NCBI GenBank assembly: GCA_051294375.1
Contig: CM119266.1
Span: 1,865,554 to 1,929,553 of the forward strand
From: Paraspadella gotoi
Taxonomy: Eukaryota > Animalia > Chaetognatha
Direction: 5' to 3'
Length of the DNA: 64,000 nucleotides
Of the stretch, positions 27,348 to 40,942 are shown one piece after another. The position numbers and the translations under genes were made by a program. How positions within the stretch are numbered: the stretch's first letter is position 1; every line of letters begins with the position of its first letter. Under the pieces are notes generated by a model, which saw only the letters and a program-made list of their open reading frames with translations, searched no databases and had not been told where the DNA came from.

Positions 27348-27415
27348 CTACAGATGATGTGCTCCATTTGGAGGATCTCTTCGGCTGCGGGGACCATTAA
27401 GTACAGACCGGGGAC
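27348..27415 (-). CDS. Candidate orphan internal exon (VPGLYLMVPAAEEILQMEHIIC)
   Basis: Minus-strand CAG|GTC...TGTAG|GTATC, stop-free, a complex island within low-complexity DNA; no partner exons established. Confidence 0.4.
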
Positions 27416-27757
27416 CTGCCATTTTAAGAGAAAGCGCAATCCTTTCGACCCGTTGGAAATAAAAGAAGAAAAAAAAAAGATTAAAAGGAATGAATTAAAT
27501 TATAAATTTATGAATTAAAAAATAAGTAAATGAACGTGGTTGATGGAGATATATATTTTTAAAAAAATATTGTAAAAAATAGTATTTTTCTGAGTTCTGA
27601 CATCGTTCTTGAAATCAAGCCGAGACTGTTAAAAGTGCTCATAGTTCAATACGGAGGGAAGTATAAACGGAATTATACCATTCACAAATTGTATTCTTCC
27701 ATTCTCAGGGGAGCGAGATTTAAAGAAAATAGAGACAGACAGACAGACCGATATATA

Positions 27758-27817
<60 letters not shown>

Positions 27818-28882
27818 TTAAACGACCGAGAGATTGAGAGAGAGGGAGCAAAGAAGGACAAGGAATGATATAATAAGCAACGGAAATTGAGCCAAAACAA
27901 ACAAACACACGAGTCTGGGCTTCGTTGACAGAAAGCCGGGTTTCCGGGTTTCCCTTTTTTCCCTTTGGGGTTTCGACTCGTGGCTGCTTTTCATATCCTC
28001 ACATCCGTCTGTCGTTTTTTTTTTCATCCGTACGGTCGAACATTTATCTATATTTCTTTCTTACTATAAACAAAATCTTGAAGAGATTAATTTTTTAAGT
28101 ATTTTAACTATCTTTTCAAACGCATTGCATTTTAATTATTTTGTACTTCACTCTTGTACAAAGATGGTACGAACATTGTACAATGTACGAGATAAAGGGA
28201 CCCTCTCTGTTTTCTCCCTTAACTGTCCGTCTCTCCGGTTCTTATGTATCCAAACTCGGGTCCATCCATCCATCCATCCATCCATCCATCCATCCCTCCT
28301 AAGGCAAACAACTCTTAAAATCGGCCTCGCTGGTCATTGGTCATTTGGTGACCAAACGAGGAGGTCATTCTAGGTCGATGACTTTGTTTTCGCGGTTCAT
28401 TTCCTCTCAGCGCGAATACTTATCGAGTCTGTTTATCCATGTCGTGTGATAAGTGGTGATAAGTGATAAGTGATATGTTGACACCGTGATGGTAACGGGG
28501 AAGGAAGGTTGTCAGTGATGTCAGAGATTCGTGATATACGTTTATATCGTTGAACCAACGTGTTTCGGTCGCGGGTCATTTATTCGGAATTTCGAGTCTA
28601 ATCAAGTTTTGGGTTTTAGTTGTGGTTCCGCGTCATTTGCGGTTGGTCATTGCAATTGAAGTTGGTCGTTGCTGTTGGTCAGTGGACGCGAATCATTTAC
28701 TTTATTGCTGTTGGAAAGTGGAAATGTATTTCCCTGGTCAGTGAATTCGTGGGAATCGGACAGACGGATAGACCAGAGGCGATCAGGGGGTGAGTTATCA
28801 CCACAAACGGGACAACAATGATTTTACTCATGGATTCGTTAATCTAAGGCAAAATTGTGACTCGTTGCGGTGAAGTTAGATC

Positions 28883-29015
28883 ACCGGAGTTACGTTCGTT
28901 AACCGGAATTTCGTTCGTTAACCGGAATTATGTTCGTTAACCGGAATTACGTTCGTTAACCGGAATTTCGTTCGTTAACCGAAATTTCGTTCGTTAACCG
29001 GAATTTCGTTCGTTA
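28883..29015. repeat. 19-bp minisatellite, 7 copies
   Basis: Unit ACCGGAATT(T/A)CGTTCGTTA. Confidence 0.95.
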
Positions 29016-29649
29016 ACTTCTTGTTGCTGTTTTTTCATCTAAGCTATTATTGTCGAATTTGCTAATGTAACAATTTCGCCCATTGAATTGCTGACTCAAT
29101 GTTCAATTTCTGATATAACTTAGCCAAAAATGAAATGAATGATCGAGTTGGTTTGTGTTGAATCTTCCCCCATTTGTGAGTAAAAATTTATCAGTGAGAC
29201 AAAAAATAAATCGCGGTAAGCCATATATATGAAAGTCAAAATTATTTTTAAAAAAATTAGTAGATTTTAGAAAAACTCAAGGGTTTCAAAATCTTTATTA
29301 ATTCTCTTATTAATAATTCTCTTATGTTAGCCACCTCCCACTCTCTGTTAGAAAAATTATAAGTAAAAAAAAAATAGCTACCACAATTTCAAATTAGAGT
29401 ATTATTGACAATTTTATGGGACAAAAACTCCTTATTTCTATTTCCTCATGTAAGCTCATAGTAATTAACAGCTTAAAACTTTTTTTCATACAAGTAGTTT
29501 TAGAAAAGGGTATTCAATTCAACTTCAAAATAGGCCAAAATGGAGTACAAATTCAGAAGGCTAAGCTCCTGCCGATTCTAAAATGTATTCACTTTAAACA
29601 TTTGATGCATTCTACGCCATTTTATATCGGTTTTAATTATAATATAAAA

Positions 29650-29960
29650 TAAAAGAAACCTATCTGAAAAGGTTTGCAGGTCAAACGAAAAAGCCAATCC
29701 ATCTGATATTTTTTATGAATTTTTTATTAGTAAATTAGAAAAATGTAATAGAGAGACATTTTTAAATTTCAACTTGTATCATTGAAAATGAAACATTTTT
29801 AAACTTTAACCATGAATTCTTCATAACTGGAAGCGTTTATCAAAATGTCTCTCTATTACATTTTTAACAAATGTTTTTAAGATTGCTAATCAAATTTTTA
29901 AATCAATATTATTGGCAGTCGTTTAGGCTGCAAACTCTTCAAATTCAGTATAGATTCACT
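29650..29960. mobile_element. Degenerate palindromic (foldback/MITE-like) element with a perfect 24-bp inner inverted repeat
   Basis: AAAAATGTAATAGAGAGACATTTT (29739-29762) and its exact reverse complement (29842-29865); looser outer arms GTTTGCAG..AAACGA..GCCAAT and ATTGGC..TCGTTT..CTGCAAAC. Confidence 0.55.
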
Positions 29961-30624
29961 GTAGCTCAAATTTCTTTACCATCTATTTAAACTGAAGATT
30001 TTGTTCATAGACTGGAAAACCAACAGAGTAACAAGATTAATTGTTTAATTCTCCCTTCTAAATTATCCCTTACCGTGTTTTAACTTCTTACCTAGAATTT
30101 TTTAACAAATCAGATTGAAAAACTAATCTTTAAAAAATGTGCTTACCCATTTAACTTAACAATTTTGGTTATTTACCGATTTAAAAAAATGATTGAAAAA
30201 CAGAATGTTTACATATAAATAAAAACTTCTTTTTTTTGTGATTACTGATGACTATAATGTATTTCTCGATGTATTAGCTCTAATACATCAAATATTACGC
30301 ATTGTTATGCTGAATGACCTTTCCTCTTAAAAATAAAACAGAATTCGCGACTCTTAACGGAATTTTGTCGTCAGATTCATTAAGCCCTTTTTTCGCGAGA
30401 CAGTAAACCCGACGTCCCTCGAGATATCGCGAGACCGAGACGGCGGCAGATGACTTTGCTATCTCTTCCCTCCGCTTTGTCTTAATTAATCGTCTTCTTT
30501 CGTTTTCAATTTTCAACTGAAATTCTGCCAAGATTTTTATTTCCTTTCAAACTAGATTGAGCCTTTTTTTTCTCAGACAATGAAAAGGTCTAGATCCATC
30601 TGGCACCCCTTTTCATTTCTCTCT

Positions 30625-30662
<38 letters not shown>

Positions 30663-30867
30663 TCTCTCTCTCTCTCTCTCTCTCTCTTCTCATCTTTCAA
30701 TACCCAGGGGGCCGCTGGGCTCAACTGGGCCAGGCTTTTCTATCAAAGCAGTTAATGGGAAATTAGCGCGGAATTGACCAACGGTCTGAGCTGATGATAA
30801 CCAATGGAAAATTCATGAGACATCCTTGGTCTTGGTCTCTTTCTTCTCCTCTCTCCTCTCTCTCTTC

Positions 30868-30923
<56 letters not shown>

Positions 30924-32031
30924 TCTCTCTCTCTTACTTTTTTTCGCTTTCTTCTCCTTCCATATTTTACACTAATTTTGTCTCAATTTTTACAGTTTGA
31001 CAGTTTGTACGCATTTTAAGCAGGCTTATTTCCTCTCTCTCTTTCTCTCTCTCTCCTCTCCTCTCTCTCTCCTCTTCTCCTCTCTCTCTTCTCTCCTCTC
31101 TTCCGTCGTCTAACTCCCGGGTCTGTCCCGGCTCTCCTCTCTCTCTCTTTCCAACATTAAAACGTTAGTTTCTTACTTCAATATGCGAGCGCGATTAGTT
31201 TGAAAAATCGTGCTGCATAAACGACCGGAGGTTTTTATGCAATTTATTAATAAAATCTGAATATTTTTTATTTTTTCTGAGCGTTGAAGATTAACTGAAA
31301 TGAAAACAAAAAATGAAGAGAGAGCGAGAAACCTTTATCATCTTAAAGAGAGGAAAAACTTTCACCACTATAAAATTAAAATTGTGCTAAAACTCGGAAC
31401 TATTGAATATTTAACCCATTTTTTCATTGCATTTGTGTGTCTTTTTCATAGTGTTTTTGAGCTGACTCAAAAAAAGAACAAAAAATAGTCCCCCAAAATT
31501 TTAAAATCCGTGAAATTTCCCGCTGAGAAAAAAGATGCGAAAAAGAAAAGTTGTAAATCAACCGAAAAAAAAAATTACATTTCGCCCCACGAATCCGAAC
31601 TGTTCCCTTTTTTCTGTCGTTTTTACTGTTTTTGTTTTTTTGTTGTTGTTTTTTTTTAGACTTTATTTCTTTTGGTTTCGCCCGCCGATTCTTCCTTCGG
31701 GTCCCTTCTGGTCTTTCCTTCTCGCTCCCGGTCTTTCTTGATCTTTTTGGTCTTTCCCCGGGGTCTCGCACCCTTTCTCGAGTTCTATACAAATAATGAA
31801 ACTGATAATAATTGTGTTCGTAACTTGTCATATGTCGTAATTCGCTAATACGAATAGGGCCTAGTGATCTTTATTACATAAGCAGTAGTGTTTTTTTTTC
31901 TGGTAAGAAAAGATATTGATTGAAGTATGAATGAAAATGCTTTAATGATATATTATGATTAATTATGTCTTGAAAGATTGAATATGGAAAAAGAAGTATT
32001 ATCGATGGAGCGAGAGAGAGAGAGAGAGAGC

Positions 32032-32066
<35 letters not shown>

Positions 32067-32729
32067 AGAATTGTCACTAGTCATATATAAAAAAAACTGT
32101 GCAAATACCTGTAAGCATACTAAGAAAGAATATTTAATTATGGTGCCTCCTTGCAGGATCTGGTTCCATAGTTTTTTCCCGCCAAAGGCAAAGATATTTT
32201 CTTTTTTATTTTTTCTTTTTTTTTTGAAAAAGAAAAAAAAAATTTGAGTTCGACGTCTGAAGAAGAAGTTTGAGATGGGAGGCGAGATAATGGTGGTGCT
32301 TTGGTGGGCGGGTGGTGAAAGGGGTGGTGAAAGGGCTGGGGATTGGGTGGAGATAGAAAGAGCGGTGACGTCAACAGGTTGTTTCTTTTTTTGGAAAGAA
32401 AAAAAAAATCGAATTAAGCATGCGCACTTAATTTATACATTATATTATATTTTTTAGTTTACTTTAAATATTTAATATTATATTACCATTTATCAAACTT
32501 GACTCATCCGTTACTATCGTAATTTTATTTATTAAAACCGTAACGGGTAAAAACCGTTCATAATGTTACTAAAAAAAAACCCCAAGTTGAACGGAATTTC
32601 TAAAAGGCGTCATCGCAAGAGCGCTGGACGGAGAAAAGGGGAAAACAACAACAACAACGACAAGGACGGTGGAACGAGCGCTTGGATGAACAATTTCGAG
32701 TTAAGCTAAAAAAGATTAAAAGATACAAG

Positions 32730-32927
32730 GGAGAAGAAAAGAGAAGATAGGGAGGAGAAAAGAGAGAAAAGTGAGGAGAAGAAAAGAGAAGATAGGGAGG
32801 AGAAAAGAGAGGAAAGTGAGGAGAAGAAAAGAGAAGATAGGGAGGAGAAAAGAGAGGAAAGTGAGGAGAAGAAAAGAGAAGATAGGGAGGAGAAAAGAGA
32901 GGAAAGTGAGGAGAAGAAAAGAGAAGA
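32730..32927. repeat. 45-bp purine-rich minisatellite, about 4 copies
   Basis: Unit GGAGAAGAAAAGAGAAGATAGGGAGGAGAAAAGAGAGGAAAGTGA. Confidence 0.9.
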
Positions 32928-33434
32928 AAAGAGAAGTGAAAAAAATTAGAAAGAGAAAAGTAAGGAGAAAGAAGAAAGCAAGAAGGAGAGAGGAGAGAGG
33001 AGAGAGGAGAGGAGAGAACAAGAGGGATAAAAGTAAGTACGGAGAGAGAAGAGTTTAGAGAAAGAGGGGAGAAATGGAGAGATGGAGAGATGGAGAGAGA
33101 GAGAGAGAGGGAGTCACGTTGAAAGTGGAAAATGTCTGCTTTACATCCTCTGGTTCGCATCTTCCTCATCTTCTTATCTCTTTGTTCTCCCAGTTTTTTT
33201 GCATCATAAATCACGGATTTCCTTAATGGGGGAATACTCTCGCGAAAGAGGGGGAGTGGGAGAGAGAGAGAGGGAGAGAGAAAGAGAGAGAGTAGAAAGG
33301 AAAGGAGAAATGATTCAAAAGATATTAATTTTAAGCCTCCTTTTTCCAGACGAAAGTTTAGAATAAAAAAATGAAGGAGTTGTTTGCTGAAACGCGCTGA
33401 GATGAGAGAGAGAGAGAAGAGAGATAGAGAGAGA

Positions 33435-33477
<43 letters not shown>

Positions 33478-34248
33478 TCCGCATCGTGGAAACAATTTTC
33501 TGATAAACAACTCAACCATGAGAAAGTAAATTAGTCTACAGCGCGCAAGAGTGTAGCAGAGAAAGATAAATCCACAGATAACGGATCCTCAGTAGATAAT
33601 ATGTTTATTTTTTTTGTTGAAAAAATATCGTCTGACCGAACGGTAATTGTGATTCAAGAGTAAAAATGATAAAACTCCCAATCAACATGATTGAAAGATT
33701 GCAGGTTCCTTTCTCTTGCATGAAGAACGGAGACTTTTACCCACCCCAGCCTGTCCAAAGACTGTCAAGTGGCTAATTTATTGAATGAATTGATTATTCT
33801 TTTATTGGGTGTACCAATTTCAAAATCTCCAGATCAGTCCGATTCCGTTTTCAACGCGATTATTACCTAATTAATTAGTGATTAGTGATTCACAACATTG
33901 ATCCGTCTCCCCGACTGAGATTTCGATCAACGATTAATGTCAAGGACCTGATCAAATCCTTCACATTTCACGGAGCCGGTGAGTTCACTCAAGTTCAAGG
34001 AGATTCGCTTATCGTTTAATGACCCGGTCTCCATTGGATCCAGCACAGTTTGCCTTCTTTTTTCTTTTCGACCCAAAAATACCTTTTCCCTTCGGTTCTA
34101 CTCTCACATTTGTTTCGTGTATTCTCCTCACACTTAAAGCTGACTACTATTACCATATTAATTTCTTCTTCACTTAGTTTGGTCAACGTCCAAAATATCA
34201 CCGAATTTTAATGACCATAGTTATACCTATTTCCTATTTCCTATTTCA

Positions 34249-34484
34249 ATTTCGCTTCCAACTCACACTTCTTCGACCACTCTCGCTTCCCATTTTCGCT
34301 TCCAACTCCCACTTCTTCGACCACTCTCGCTTCCCATTTTCGCTTCCAACTCCCACTTCTTCGACCACTCTCGCTTCCCATTTTCGCTTCCAACTCCCAC
34401 TTCTTCGACCACTCTCGCTTCCCATTTTCGCTTCCAACTCCCACTTCTTCGACCACTCTCGCTTCCCATTTTCGCTTCCAACTC
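34249..34484. repeat. 44-bp minisatellite, about 5 copies
   Basis: Unit TTTTCGCTTCCAACTCCCACTTCTTCGACCACTCTCGCTTCCCA. Confidence 0.95.
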
Positions 34485-36529
34485 CAGCTTCCGGTTCCAC
34501 GCCCACTTCCGCCAGCACTTCCGGCTTTATCGCCAACTACTCTTTTTTTTTAAGCTTAAAGTCTCCGACGTGGCGGAGGGAGAAGGGGAGNNNNNNNNNN
34601 NNNNNNNNNNNNNNNNNNNNNNNNNNNNNNNNNNNNNNNNNNNNNNNNNNNNNNNNNNNNNNNNNNNNNNNNNNNNNNNNNNNNNNNNNNNNNNNNNNNN
34701 NNNNNNNNNNNNNNNNNNNNNNNNNNNNNNNNNNNNNNNNNNNNNNNNNNNNNNNNNNNNNNNNNNNNNNNNNNNNNNNNNNNNNNNNNNNNNNNNNNNN
34801 NNNNNNNNNNNNNNNNNNNNNNNNNNNNNNNNNNNNNNNNNNNNNNNNNNNNNNNNNNNNNNNNNNNNNNNNNNNNNNNNNNNNNNNNNNNNNNNNNNNN
34901 NNNNNNNNNNNNNNNNNNNNNNNNNNNNNNNNNNNNNNNNNNNNNNNNNNNNNNNNNNNNNNNNNNNNNNNNNNNNNNNNNNNNNNNNNNNNNNNNNNNN
35001 NNNNNNNNNNNNNNNNNNNNNNNNNNNNNNNNNNNNNNNNNNNNNNNNNNNNNNNNNNNNNNNNNNNNNNNNNNNNNNNNNNNNNNNNNNNNNNNNNNNN
35101 NNNNNNNNNNNNNNNNNNNNNNNNNNNNNNNNNNNNNNNNNNNNNNNNNNNNNNNNNNNNNNNNNNNNNNNNNNNNNNNNNNNNNNNNNNNNNNNNNNNN
35201 NNNNNNNNNNNNNNNNNNNNNNNNNNNNNNNNNNNNNNNNNNNNNNNNNNNNNNNNNNNNNNNNNNNNNNNNNNNNNNNNNNNNNNNNNNNNNNNNNNNN
35301 NNNNNNNNNNNNNNNNNNNNNNNNNNNNNNNNNNNNNNNNNNNNNNNNNNNNNNNNNNNNNNNNNNNNNNNNNNNNNNNNNNNNNNNNNNNNNNNNNNNN
35401 NNNNNNNNNNNNNNNNNNNNNNNNNNNNNNNNNNNNNNNNNNNNNNNNNNNNNNNNNNNNNNNNNNNNNNNNNNNNNNNNNNGAAAGGGAGAGGGGAAGA
35501 GGAAGAGAGGGAGAGAAGGAGAAGAAAACTGAAAGAGCGAGATAGAGAGAGGGAGAAGATTAAAGACAGAGAGCGAGCGGTTGGGGAACGAATTCTAGGG
35601 CGAGAAATAAATAGACGCCGAGTCTTTTTTTTTCCTTTTAAGCAAAAAGGTCACACGTTCGATCCCTCCCTGCCCAACGGTTATCTACTTTCGTTATTAA
35701 TGAGAGTAACGGAGGCAAAGGAATTTGCCAATGGATTTTCAAGGTAAAGACGATATCAATGTAGAATGTATAATTGTATAAGTATATCATATTTAAAGAT
35801 AAACTATTTTCTTTTCATCAAAAACTCTGTTTATCTCGATTAGTCTTTTGTGTATTCGAAGAAAAAATCTTAATAAATATTTCGCGAGAAAAAAAAATAT
35901 ACGTATACATTTGCTAAATTTTAACGTCCAACAAATAAATATAAATATTTACATATGTAGACCTTAGGGACGTCGTCTAAATCCCCCCACCCCCCCAAAA
36001 AAAACCCCATTATATTCTTTTTTCCTCCAGAAACAAAAGCGCATCGAAAACCGAATTCCCAATCTCACAGCCTCTCCCCCCAGTCACCCCCTCTTTCCCT
36101 CTTTCTCTCCACCATCGCCGCACGCCAGAAAAAAAAAACTAGTGCCTTCATTGAGGATTCGGGTTCCATGGTGCAATGAGGCCAAATTACCCAATTCTGG
36201 GGTTTTTTTCTTTTTCTTTTCATTTATATCAGACGCGAGTTGAGCCTCGTCCTGAGCTCTTCGTGTTTGGAACGAGAGAAATAATACTTTACAAAAAACT
36301 TATTCTTTATATCATTTATACATTTATATTTAAGTATGAGAAACGAATTAAGTGACCGATTTATATGCCAAACATTATTGAAGCCATGCCTCCATCGTCC
36401 ATGCTCATATAGTTTTCAACCATGATACCCTGCCCCCTATCTTTTTTTATCCCACCTCATTATCGAGTCAAAATTGGCCATTTTTTCGACTGGCCCAACT
36501 TGAGCCCATGTCCCTCGATTGGGGCGGCG

Positions 36530-36565
<36 letters not shown>

Positions 36566-36592
36566 GCAGGGACGCCGGTTTTCGTCGGCATG

Positions 36593-36820
36593 AAGGAGGA
36601 GGAGGAGAAAGAGGAGGAAGAGGAAGAGGAGGAAGAGGAGGAATAGAAGAGGAGGAAGAGGAGGAAGAGGAGGAATAGGAAGAGGAGGAATAAGAAGAGG
36701 AGGAATAGGAAGAGGAAGAAGAGGAGGAAGAGGAGGAAGAGGAAGAAGAATAGTAAGAGGAGGAAGAGGAAGAGGAGGAAGAGAAAGAATAGGAGGAAGA
36801 GTAAAAGGAGGAAGCGGAGG
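36593..36820. repeat. (GAG/GAA)n degenerate trinucleotide tract preceded by (GTC)n
   Basis: Direct inspection; interrupted by TAG/TAA. Confidence 0.9.
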
Positions 36821-39800
36821 AGCAATGATGGAATATAAAGGGAAATCCCTTGATGTTTCTCTAATGGATGGCGCCTCGGAGGCGGCGGCGGCGGCGGAGG
36901 CGGCCGAGTCTCGCTGAAGTGTGTCTTACGGTCGCGTCGGTCGTGCGGCATTGGTACGCGCGTTCTGGTGAGCAGAGAAAAGCGAGGCCGGCGGTGAATT
37001 GGGCAGGTGTTTTGTTGGCTATATTCGAGAGATGACATAGGAAGCAGGTACATCAGATACTGTGGTTCTTTGCCTCGCGGGAGCACTTTCTTGTACTCTC
37101 TCTCTTCTCTCTCTTTCTTTCTTCCCTTCTCTCTTACTCCCGCATCATCTCTCTCTCTCCGTCTCTCAATCGTCTCCGTCTCTCTCCTCTCTCTTTCTTC
37201 GGCCTCATTTTCGTCGGCGGTCAACAGACGCGAGGAATCTCAGAAGGAATCAACGAAAAAGATTGCAACAAACTTCAAACAGAATCACGACTCATCAACT
37301 ACCAAACGACAAAAAAAAAAACAACTCAATAATTCGATACTAACCTACGAATAACCTATATAGCGCAGTCCTTCTTTCTCTTTCGCGGTCTTTGCTAACC
37401 ACTCCTCTCTTCAACGTCTTTTATTACCTATCTTTTATCTATCCATCTCTCAAAATATGCATATATACGATCTATCCTTGTATCTATCAAATTTTTATTT
37501 TTTTATTATCTATTAATTTATTATTCTATCTTTCCCAACTTATAGTATCCCAATTTATATCAAACTATTCTTTATAACCTCGTCAATAGTTCATCTCTTG
37601 TATACACCCAAATATATCTGTATATGCTATAATATCATTTTTCATGTCTGTACCCATTCATTTACATACTTTTACAACAAGTCAAATTCGGGCCCAGAAT
37701 TCCAGCCCTCACCCCATCCCTAACTTCCAGCCTTAGCCCTTTACGTCCAACCACTCCTCCCCAGCCTGCCTTAACCCCGCATTTCTGCTCATCCCAGCCA
37801 AACTTACCGCCCGCTACATCGATCTCCCGACCTCATCCCTCGCACCCAACGTGACCTTGTCTCACTTGGAATCTCTTAACTTACACACTTTAACACGCAC
37901 ACCCCTGATACCGTGACGCCTCGTCGTAACTTGCCCGTTGTTCTCCTCTCTCTTGTTCTCTCTCTCTCTCCCTCTGCTCTCTCTCTCTCCCTCTCAACCC
38001 CCCCCGCCTAAAGCGGGGGGGGGGGGAGGCACTTTTTATGTTTTTTCCCCAAAGATTTCTCGACGTAAATCTTAAATCGCCGAAAGCGAGGGCTTAAGGA
38101 GCACCCAAGCAGGGTCCCCAGGGTTCGGGTCGCGAACAGAAACATCCAATGTAAACTATGCTTCTCTCCGGTCGCTTTTTTTATATTCTTTCTTTTAACC
38201 TTTTTTTCAATTTTTTTATGGGTGGACAGAGTCTAAGCGCCCTTTCGTTTTTTTTGTTATTCTTTTTTTGTTATTGTGGTTTTTTATTTTCTTTTCCACT
38301 TTTTTGTTCGGTTTTATAGGTTTATGTTTAATGTTTGTCGATTTTTGAACTGGATTTTCCTTGATCTTTTTGGTGTGAAGACAGAGAGAAGATGTATTAT
38401 TTTTCTACTGAACAAGACTCGGGGGAGATTTTTTTTTCATTAGGGGGGTGTGTGAGGAGCTGGGGGGAGCCAGGTAGGCATAAATATGAGTGCTTTTATA
38501 CCGACTCAATGAATGGCTGAATTGACAACGTTTATGGACCCAACTTTTGGGGGTTTCCTAACTTACTTTTATTTTTTTTTTTCTTTAATCTTTCGTTGGC
38601 GCAAGACGAGATGCCTCTTTCCATGCGGACTCTCATTTTTGTTTTGGTTTGCGTCGGGTCTGTTTGAGGCTGGTCTGTCTGTTTGTCGGCGCATACCTTT
38701 TATTTTGGTCCTGGTAGTCTTTTGTGTCGTTCTCTGTCTACCCCGCTTTCAAGTACGGAATAATTTCGAAAGATAAAGGAAGCCGAAAAATAAAGTGAAA
38801 AGTGGTAGTAAATAAAAATAATTGCAGAAGACGCCACGTGATCGAGTGACATACAACACTACATACATACATACATAGCCTACATAGCATACATACAATC
38901 ATCATACATAACATACAGGAAAAGAGTGACCCACCTATACATACTTTTGAGGGAAAGTATAGAGAAGTTACACTTGAATATTTGCTCGACTCTAATAATT
39001 CTAGGAGAGGATCAAGTAGTCAAATTTGGAAATTCATTGTTACATTTTATGTCATTGGTACAGTCAAATTAAGCGGTACCTTTTCATTTCGGGTTGTGTT
39101 TATGCCGAGACGTAAACTTATTGGACTCGAGACGATACAGGCACAAATAAATTTTTACTTTTCTTGGGGAACAATAGGATTTACACCCCTGGAACGTTCA
39201 ACTTGAGCATGTTCAGATGATATAGACACTGTTCTGTATCGTCTCCTAACCTCAAAATACAAAACACGATTTTTTCCAAAAGATCAGTACACAACGAGAT
39301 TCACATCAAACTTTTTCTCGATAGATCCTATTAAAAGGAGTGTCGGTTAAGCGGAAACGAACCCGAACCCCGACGACTTGTTACGAAAGAGACGAGGAAG
39401 ACGACAGAGGCGATTGATATTATCGATATTAAACGACTATTTTATATTTAGGAACAGACGATTCACGAACGCCACAAATATCGGAGAAGCATGTATTGAA
39501 TGACGACTTTAGCCACAGAATTAACGATTGACGTAGCGACAAAAGAAATCTGTATGAAGACAAAACCAGACCTGATGATGTATTGATTCGGAAAATGAGG
39601 GCAGACCGACGACTTAGACAAGAGAAGACGATGAAGATCCGATCAGAACGAACTGAAATTAATCAGACTCACGCAGGCTTTGAAAAGAAATCAATAGTAT
39701 CGACAAAGAGGGTATAGAGACGAAATTAAGATATTGACGATTACGAGAAAACTGTATTGAAAACGATGCGACTTAGACAGATGACTCTGATATCGTACTG

Positions 39801-40942
39801 TTCGGAAAGTAAGACGATGAAGACTGTAACCAGTATTCGATGATGAATACCCTGACCCTGAACTAGACGCCCTAGACTACCGTTATTAGGCACGGGACAT
39901 ACTAGCAAGAGCGAGATTTGCGGAGACATGACTTAGAGTACAGAACACACATAATTTTGAACGTAATGCCACTGCAACGATCGACGCACTGACAAATATA
40001 TGTTATAAGTATTATAAGACGGAGACAGATATTCACCGAACGATATAATCGAGCGACGACGACAAAGAAGACGATTGAAGACTGACAGCCAGGGCGATGA
40101 ACGATGACAGACGACGTATCGACGATCTAAGAGTAGCGATGAAGACGACAGACCTCGATTACGACTGTGAACGACGGAAACGACTTGATCAAAGATAGCG
40201 ATTGGAAGACGACAGACGATGTTAACGATCGACTCCAGACGTTGTAATCAGACGACTTGATAGAACACGATGAAGACGAACACCGATCGTATGCCCAACG
40301 AGACGACGACGACGACAAAGAAGACGATGAATGACGCAGACGACGACCGGACGACGTGAGACGACCTGCAGAATGGAATGAGGCCTTCCGCCTTCCGCGA
40401 TCTAAAATTTAAACTTGCAAAGTGACGGGAAATGGTAAAAAAAGTTCAAGTTTTAATCGTTCAAATTGTATTAGATTAATTGATTTTTAATTTTATGAAT
40501 AGACAATTGGGAAAAAATGAGGGAAACTGATACAAATACAAAAATCTTAACCTGAATAGCTACATTGTAGAATTTAAAAGCTGTTTTGCTAAAAAAAAAA
40601 AAAAATCGGAGATTTTAGAAAGAAGATTGTAAAAAGCGAACAAAAAGGCAATCGGCGGATCGACTTTAAACGCGAAACTGGATAGCAAGGGTTCATCCGT
40701 TTAGGAAAATTATAAAATAATAAAACTAGTTCCTGCTTCCTTGTATTACAGGACTAGATGAAACAAAAAGAACAGTTTAGTCTGAGAAAATTCATGGAAC
40801 AAATTAATTAGAACCAGAAAATTAAACTCGGGCATCTTTTTAAAAAAACAATTATCGAGGCCAACCATCGAGGCCAATAATCAAACGCACAGATAATGCA
40901 ATCATCCCAAGAATTCAAACGTGAAATGACCCAAAACGACGA

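Noticed and set aside
34211-35545. Long ORFs spanning N runs (also near 9020, 44264 and 56181-60848)
   Set aside because: Their length comes from assembly gaps translated as X.
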